Shown here piece by piece: positions 22,977-26,984 of a DNA stretch of 26,984 nt (position 1 is the first letter of the stretch; the number at the start of each line of letters is the position of its first letter). Below the pieces are notes generated by a model, which saw nothing but the letters and a program-made list of their open reading frames with translations, was not told the DNA's origin and did no database searches. A program made the position numbers and the translations under genes. The stretch lies in IMG/VR virus record IMGVR_UViG_3300010052_000185, positions 1 to 26,984 of that record, one strand, 5' to 3'. This DNA is from a virus (Duplodnaviria > Caudoviricetes).

Positions 22977-24404
22977 ATGGTTGCCTGGGGATTCGACGGC
23001 GCCCATGGAACGGACATCCGGCCGCCGCACGTTCCGGCGACGATGCCGTGGGCGAAGGACGAGTCCGTACCTGGCGGCAACGACGGCACGAGGCTGACAG
23101 CGGCGCTCGTCAATCGCCTGATCGGAAACATCCGCGGGCTGGCGCTGGCCGCGGACGTGACGTTGACGGAGGACAGCGACGCCGATCTCACGACGGCAAT
23201 ATCGGCGTTGATCGGGCTTGTCGCTCCGGCGGCGCATGAGCACGATGATAGGTATTACCTTGAAAGTGAGGTCGACGCGCTGCTCGCCGGACTGCAGGAG
23301 ATCGGCCAGAAGGGCCTCGCGAACGGCTATGCCGGTCTCGACGGGTCCGGCAAGGTGCCGACGGCGCAGCTTCCGGACGCCGTGCTTGGGGCGATGGCTT
23401 TCCAAACCCTCTGGAATGCCTCGACGAATACGCCGGCGCTCACGAGCGGCGCGGGCACGAAAGGCCACTATTATATCGTCGATGCAGACGGCACGACGGC
23501 GCTCAACGGCATCTCGGATTGGAAGGTCGGCGACTGGGCTGTCTACGACGGCACTGCCTGGCGCAAGATCGACAACACGGACGCGATCGCCGCGGTTGCC
23601 GGTCTCACCGGAAACATTTCCGCCGCGTCGCTGAAGACAGCCCTCGAGATTACGGTTGCAGATATCACGAACGCATCGGCGAACGGTCGCAGCCTGATCT
23701 CGGCGGCGGATTACACAGCGATGCGTACACTGCTCGCGGTCGTCGCGACGGCCGATATCGTCAACAATCTAACGACCAACGACGCGCTGAAGCCGCTTTC
23801 GGCGGCACAGGGCAAGGCTCTTAAAGACCAGTTCGATGCATTTTCGGCTTCGTCCATTTGGTCCTCGCAGCCAATCGGCGTACCTATCCCGGTCGCGTCG
23901 AACCACTTCGCGAGCCTTTCCGCGGCCCTTCCGCCGACCGACAACCCTGCATTCCGATACGTTCTGCTGACGGCTGGCGAGGCAGATTCCGGCGAATACA
24001 ACGAAGGCATTCTGACATCCGAGAGTGTCAGTGGCTCGGCTCCGCTCGTCCAGGCGACCGGCGTCGTTTCGCTCAGCGGCTCACTACTCAACGGTAAGAC
24101 GATCCGCCTGATCAACACGGAACGTCGCTTCCTGCGCGCGGGCAGTGTCGGCACTGTCGAAAACGACCAGATGCAGAAAATCACGGGTTCTGTCGGCTTC
24201 AATCGCACGGCTGTCGCCAATGTCGATGGAGCAATAATTGTCGGCGGCACGCCTGGTTCTAGCGCAGCGGCTTCTGGTGCGCTTGCAACAGGCTCATTTG
24301 CTATCGACAGCTCGGCTTCACCGTCTGCGAGAGCATCTTCGACGACGGACGGAGAAACCCGCTCGAAGAACATCGGCATGACCTACATCATGAGGCTCAA
24401 GTGA
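22977..24404 (+). CDS. Tail fibre protein 2 (receptor-binding)
   Basis: Anchor-like N-terminus; KG.ANGYAGLDGSGKVP..QLP; collar/tip-like PIGVPIP...FLRAG...DQMQKITG...ETRSKNIG..YIMR; SD GGAG. Confidence 0.88.
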   Translation: MVAWGFDGAHGTDIRPPHVPATMPWAKDESVPGGNDGTRLTAALVNRLIGNIRGLALAADVTLTEDSDADLTTAISALIGLVAPAAHEHDDRYYLESEVDALLAGLQEIGQKGLANGYAGLDGSGKVPTAQLPDAVLGAMAFQTLWNASTNTPALTSGAGTKGHYYIVDADGTTALNGISDWKVGDWAVYDGTAWRKIDNTDAIAAVAGLTGNISAASLKTALEITVADITNASANGRSLISAADYTAMRTLLAVVATADIVNNLTTNDALKPLSAAQGKALKDQFDAFSASSIWSSQPIGVPIPVASNHFASLSAALPPTDNPAFRYVLLTAGEADSGEYNEGILTSESVSGSAPLVQATGVVSLSGSLLNGKTIRLINTERRFLRAGSVGTVENDQMQKITGSVGFNRTAVANVDGAIIVGGTPGSSAAASGALATGSFAIDSSASPSARASSTTDGETRSKNIGMTYIMRLK

Positions 24405-24946
24405 TGGCCTACTACGCAAAAGCTCCCGATCAGCTTTCGAGCGATCCGCTGCCTGGCGGTGTCGAAATCTCGAAAGCCGACTATCTTGCTGCAATCGACG
24501 TGTTGAGCGATCCAGACGACGCGCGGGTGATCACGATCACCGAAGGCGAGTTTTCGTTGGCGCTTTCCCCTGAGCCCGAACCCGTTGAGCCCCTTCCGCC
24601 AACTCAAGCGGACCTTAACGACTACGCCAACACAAAGTATGCGGCCCAAATGGCGGGCGGCGTGAACATCGGCGGCGTGTGGGTTTCGACCACCGGCAAC
24701 GGGCGCGTCGACATGCTCGGCGCCGTCTCGCTGGCGCAGCTTGCGCCGGAGCACGTCTTCGATTGGGTCAACGGGGCAACCATCATCCAGCTAACGGCCG
24801 CGCAAGTGATCGCTTTGGGTCTCACCGTCGGTGCGTGGGTGCAGGACAACTATACGATCCTCGGCGCTGTTCGCGCCGACATCGCGCTGGGCAACATCAC
24901 GACGACGGCTGAGATCGACGCAGCCGCGTGGCCGAGCAACACGTAA
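24404..24946 (+). CDS. Tail fibre assembly chaperone (DUF4376-like)
   Basis: L..YA......GGV.I.G..VST, W.....IQLTAAQVIALG..V..WVQ, ITT.AEIDAA.W; TGATG coupled to fibre 2. Confidence 0.8.
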   Translation: MAYYAKAPDQLSSDPLPGGVEISKADYLAAIDVLSDPDDARVITITEGEFSLALSPEPEPVEPLPPTQADLNDYANTKYAAQMAGGVNIGGVWVSTTGNGRVDMLGAVSLAQLAPEHVFDWVNGATIIQLTAAQVIALGLTVGAWVQDNYTILGAVRADIALGNITTTAEIDAAAWPSNT

Positions 24947-24969
24947 GCGATCCTTACAACTTGGGGTGT

Positions 24970-25002
24970 GGGCTGGTGCGAGAGCGCCGGCCCTTTTTAT
25001 TT
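24970..25002 (+). terminator. Rho-independent terminator between tail and lysis modules
   Basis: GGGCTGGTGC-GAGA-GCGCCGGCCC (10 bp, two G-U, GNRA loop) followed by TTTTTATTT. Confidence 0.88.
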
Positions 25003-25039
25003 GGCGCGGTTGGCTCTGGGCAACCGAAGCGCCGAGCAA
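25003..25039 (+). promoter_or_regulatory. Conserved bulged stem-loop element, copy 3
   Basis: GGCGC-GGTTG-gctctggg-CAACC-GAA-GCGCC-gAGCAA; 30/37 identical to 235-271 with a compensatory A-T to T-A swap; precedes SD GGGGGA of the endolysin. Confidence 0.75.
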
Positions 25040-25052
25040 TATGGGGGAACGG

Positions 25053-26237
25053 ATGTTCGAAATCCGAGACGACCGCCTGTTCATCGACGGGCGGGCGGCG
25101 CGCTATGTGCCGAGCCCGAACCATGGCGGGCGCATCGAGCCGACGCTGATCGTGCTCCACGACACTGCGGACCGGCTCAAAGCTGACGATTCCGTTGCGT
25201 GGTTTCAGGACCCGGCCTCGAAAGTGTCGGCGCATTTCGTCGTCGGCCGCGACGGCTCGATCACGCAAATGGTCGACTGTGACCGCTCCGCGTGGCACGC
25301 CGGGAAAAGCAATTGGCGCGGACGCGAGAATTGCAACGGCTTCTCGATCGGCATCGAGATCGATAATCCCGGCAAGCTGACGCCGCGCGGCGAGGGTGCG
25401 GTGGCTTGGTTCGGTGAGACGTTTCCGCTCGCCGATTGCGCGCGGTCGGACGCATCGTGCACGACCCACGGCCCCGGCGCCTGGCTGAATTACACGCCTG
25501 AGCAGATCGATGCTGTGTCGCGATTGATCTGGGCGTTGTCTCAAGCCTATCCGAGCATCGTCGACGTCGCTGGTCACTTCGAAATTTCGCCCCGACGCAA
25601 GGTCGATCCTGGTCCGCATTTCCCGATGAGCGAAATGCGTCGCGCCCTGGCCAACAAACCGGCACAACCACGCTACGATCTCGCGGCCGTGCAGCGGCGC
25701 CTGCAGGAACTCGGCTACGCGCCGGGCGACGCGGACGGCATCATTGGGCCGCGCACGCGCGGCGCCATCCGCACGTTCCAGGAACAGAACAGCTTGGACA
25801 TCACGGGTGAGATCGATGCCGCGACGGCAAAGGCGCTCGCCTCTGCTTACGCCAAGGAAATGCCGCTGGCGCACCGCGAGACGATCACCCGTGAGGACGT
25901 TGCGGCCGAAGGGTCGACGTCCGTGCAACTTACGGGCGGCACGAAGCGGGCTGCAGAAGTTGGCATAACGACGGCGCTCGTGCTCGCGCAAACGGGAGAC
26001 ACACCAGCGCCGGTTGTCGTGCCGAAGATCGAAACGCTGCCGGACCCGGAAAAGGTCGTCACCGCGATCGAGAGCAGCCGGTCACTCGGCGAGCGCATCG
26101 TCGACATCGGGCATTGGGCGCTCACGCCACGCGGACTGACGACAATCGCCGTGATTGTCGCGCTCACGGCGGTTTGGGCGTTCGCCAACAAGGTGGAATT
26201 CCGTCGCGTGCTGAAGGCGCGCCTCGGTCTCGGCTGA
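25053..26237 (+). CDS. Endolysin: N-acetylmuramoyl-L-alanine amidase (Amidase_2) + peptidoglycan-binding domain + C-terminal TM helix
   Basis: IVLHDT, VSAHFVVGRDG, AWHAG, NGFSIGIE, GH..ISP.RK.DPG; VQRRLQELGY.PG.ADG..GPRT..AI..FQ; LTTIAVIVALTAVWAFA. ATG 25053 chosen for its SD. Confidence 0.92.
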   Translation: MFEIRDDRLFIDGRAARYVPSPNHGGRIEPTLIVLHDTADRLKADDSVAWFQDPASKVSAHFVVGRDGSITQMVDCDRSAWHAGKSNWRGRENCNGFSIGIEIDNPGKLTPRGEGAVAWFGETFPLADCARSDASCTTHGPGAWLNYTPEQIDAVSRLIWALSQAYPSIVDVAGHFEISPRRKVDPGPHFPMSEMRRALANKPAQPRYDLAAVQRRLQELGYAPGDADGIIGPRTRGAIRTFQEQNSLDITGEIDAATAKALASAYAKEMPLAHRETITREDVAAEGSTSVQLTGGTKRAAEVGITTALVLAQTGDTPAPVVVPKIETLPDPEKVVTAIESSRSLGERIVDIGHWALTPRGLTTIAVIVALTAVWAFANKVEFRRVLKARLGLG

Positions 26238-26251
26238 TAGGGGGAAAATCC

Positions 26252-26704
26252 ATGTTCGCATATATCGGCGGCGCGCTGCGCGTCGCCTGGAGCTTCGTCG
26301 CGCCCACGCTCGGGCCGGTGATCATGAAATTCGCGCCGTGGCTGGCGCCTTTCGTGAGCGGCATCGCCTGGCGCCGCATCGCACGCGGCATTGCTATCGC
26401 GTCGCTGCTGGGCGCTGTCGGCTTGAGCGTGTGGTGGCTGTCTCGGCCGGACCCGTCTGCGCCGCGAATGGTCTCCGTTCCGGAGGTCGAAGCTCAGCGG
26501 TTCAAGGCGGAAGCTGCAGCGCTCAAGAAGGCCATTGCGGACGCGAAAGAAACGATCCGCCAGCGCGAGAAGGAATCCGATCTCGCTGACCAGTACATCA
26601 AAGCTCTCGAAGCCGAAAAGGAGGCGCTCCGTGCGCAAAGCTCTGATCCTCACTCTGCTGTGTTTGCCGCTGACGATCCTTGGCTGCTCCAAAGGCGCCG
26701 TTGA
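26252..26704 (+). CDS. i-spanin (Rz-like)
   Basis: TM helix GIAIASLLGAVGLSVWWL followed by a charged coiled coil; SD AGGGGG; overlapped by a lipoprotein gene. Confidence 0.8.
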   Translation: MFAYIGGALRVAWSFVAPTLGPVIMKFAPWLAPFVSGIAWRRIARGIAIASLLGAVGLSVWWLSRPDPSAPRMVSVPEVEAQRFKAEAAALKKAIADAKETIRQREKESDLADQYIKALEAEKEALRAQSSDPHSAVFAADDPWLLQRRR

Positions 26705-26984
26705 GACGTTGAAGTGGGACGCGCCGCTGGTTGTCGATGTGGCGCCCGTCGCGTGCCCCGAGATCGGCAGCAGAACGCGCGCTGAGTTCTCGCGCACGAC
26801 GCCGCGTCCGGCACCCGACACGGTCGGGGATGACGGTAAGTCCTACGTTTCGAAGGACGCGACGCGGGCCTGGATCGATGCCCTCGAGGTGTCAGAGGCG
26901 CAAAAGAACAAGGTGGGCCAGGCGCTCGTGAAAGAGCACGACCGTTGCAGGGGCGAAGCGCCGCCTGCAAAGCCGATCAGCTAA
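26631..26984 (+). CDS. o-spanin (Rz1-like lipoprotein)
   Basis: GTG 26631 with SD AAGGAGG (26618-26624); signal peptide MRKALILTLLCLPLTILG|C with lipobox; Pro/Cys-containing mature part; overlaps the i-spanin 3' end. Confidence 0.82.
   Translation: MRKALILTLLCLPLTILGCSKGAVETLKWDAPLVVDVAPVACPEIGSRTRAEFSRTTPRPAPDTVGDDGKSYVSKDATRAWIDALEVSEAQKNKVGQALVKEHDRCRGEAPPAKPIS

Noticed and set aside
25860-26237. Nested holin starting at in-frame ATG 25860 of the endolysin
   Set aside because: The AAGGA lies only 1 nt from the ATG, too close for a usable SD.

Overview
A continuous, apparently intact, all plus-strand late operon of a GC-rich tailed (pro)phage, probably of a proteobacterial host. It joins a lambda-type head module (cos-like site, TerS, GpA-type TerL, gpW, portal, S49 protease/scaffold, decoration protein, gpE-type capsid) to a Mu-type contractile tail (sheath, tube, frameshifted chaperone, tape measure, gpN, gp44-gp48 baseplate, PAAR tip, two fibres, fibre chaperone) and a lysis cassette (amidase with C-terminal TM helix, i-/o-spanin, no separate holin visible). 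No integrase, replication, tRNA or CRISPR features are seen. The part the standard phage annotation does not explain is at the left end: tandem, very basic small proteins with unrelated bodies but a near-identical C-terminal ~22-aa tag (NGxVKGYYRQQGGKSVFVQGY), each followed by a conserved GAA-bulged stem-loop (GCGGWTG...TGGGCAWCCGAAGCG) just before the next ribosome-binding site. A third copy of that stem-loop, with a compensatory base-pair change, lies about 25 kb away in front of the endolysin. All family assignments come from motif recognition and gene order; no database search was run.
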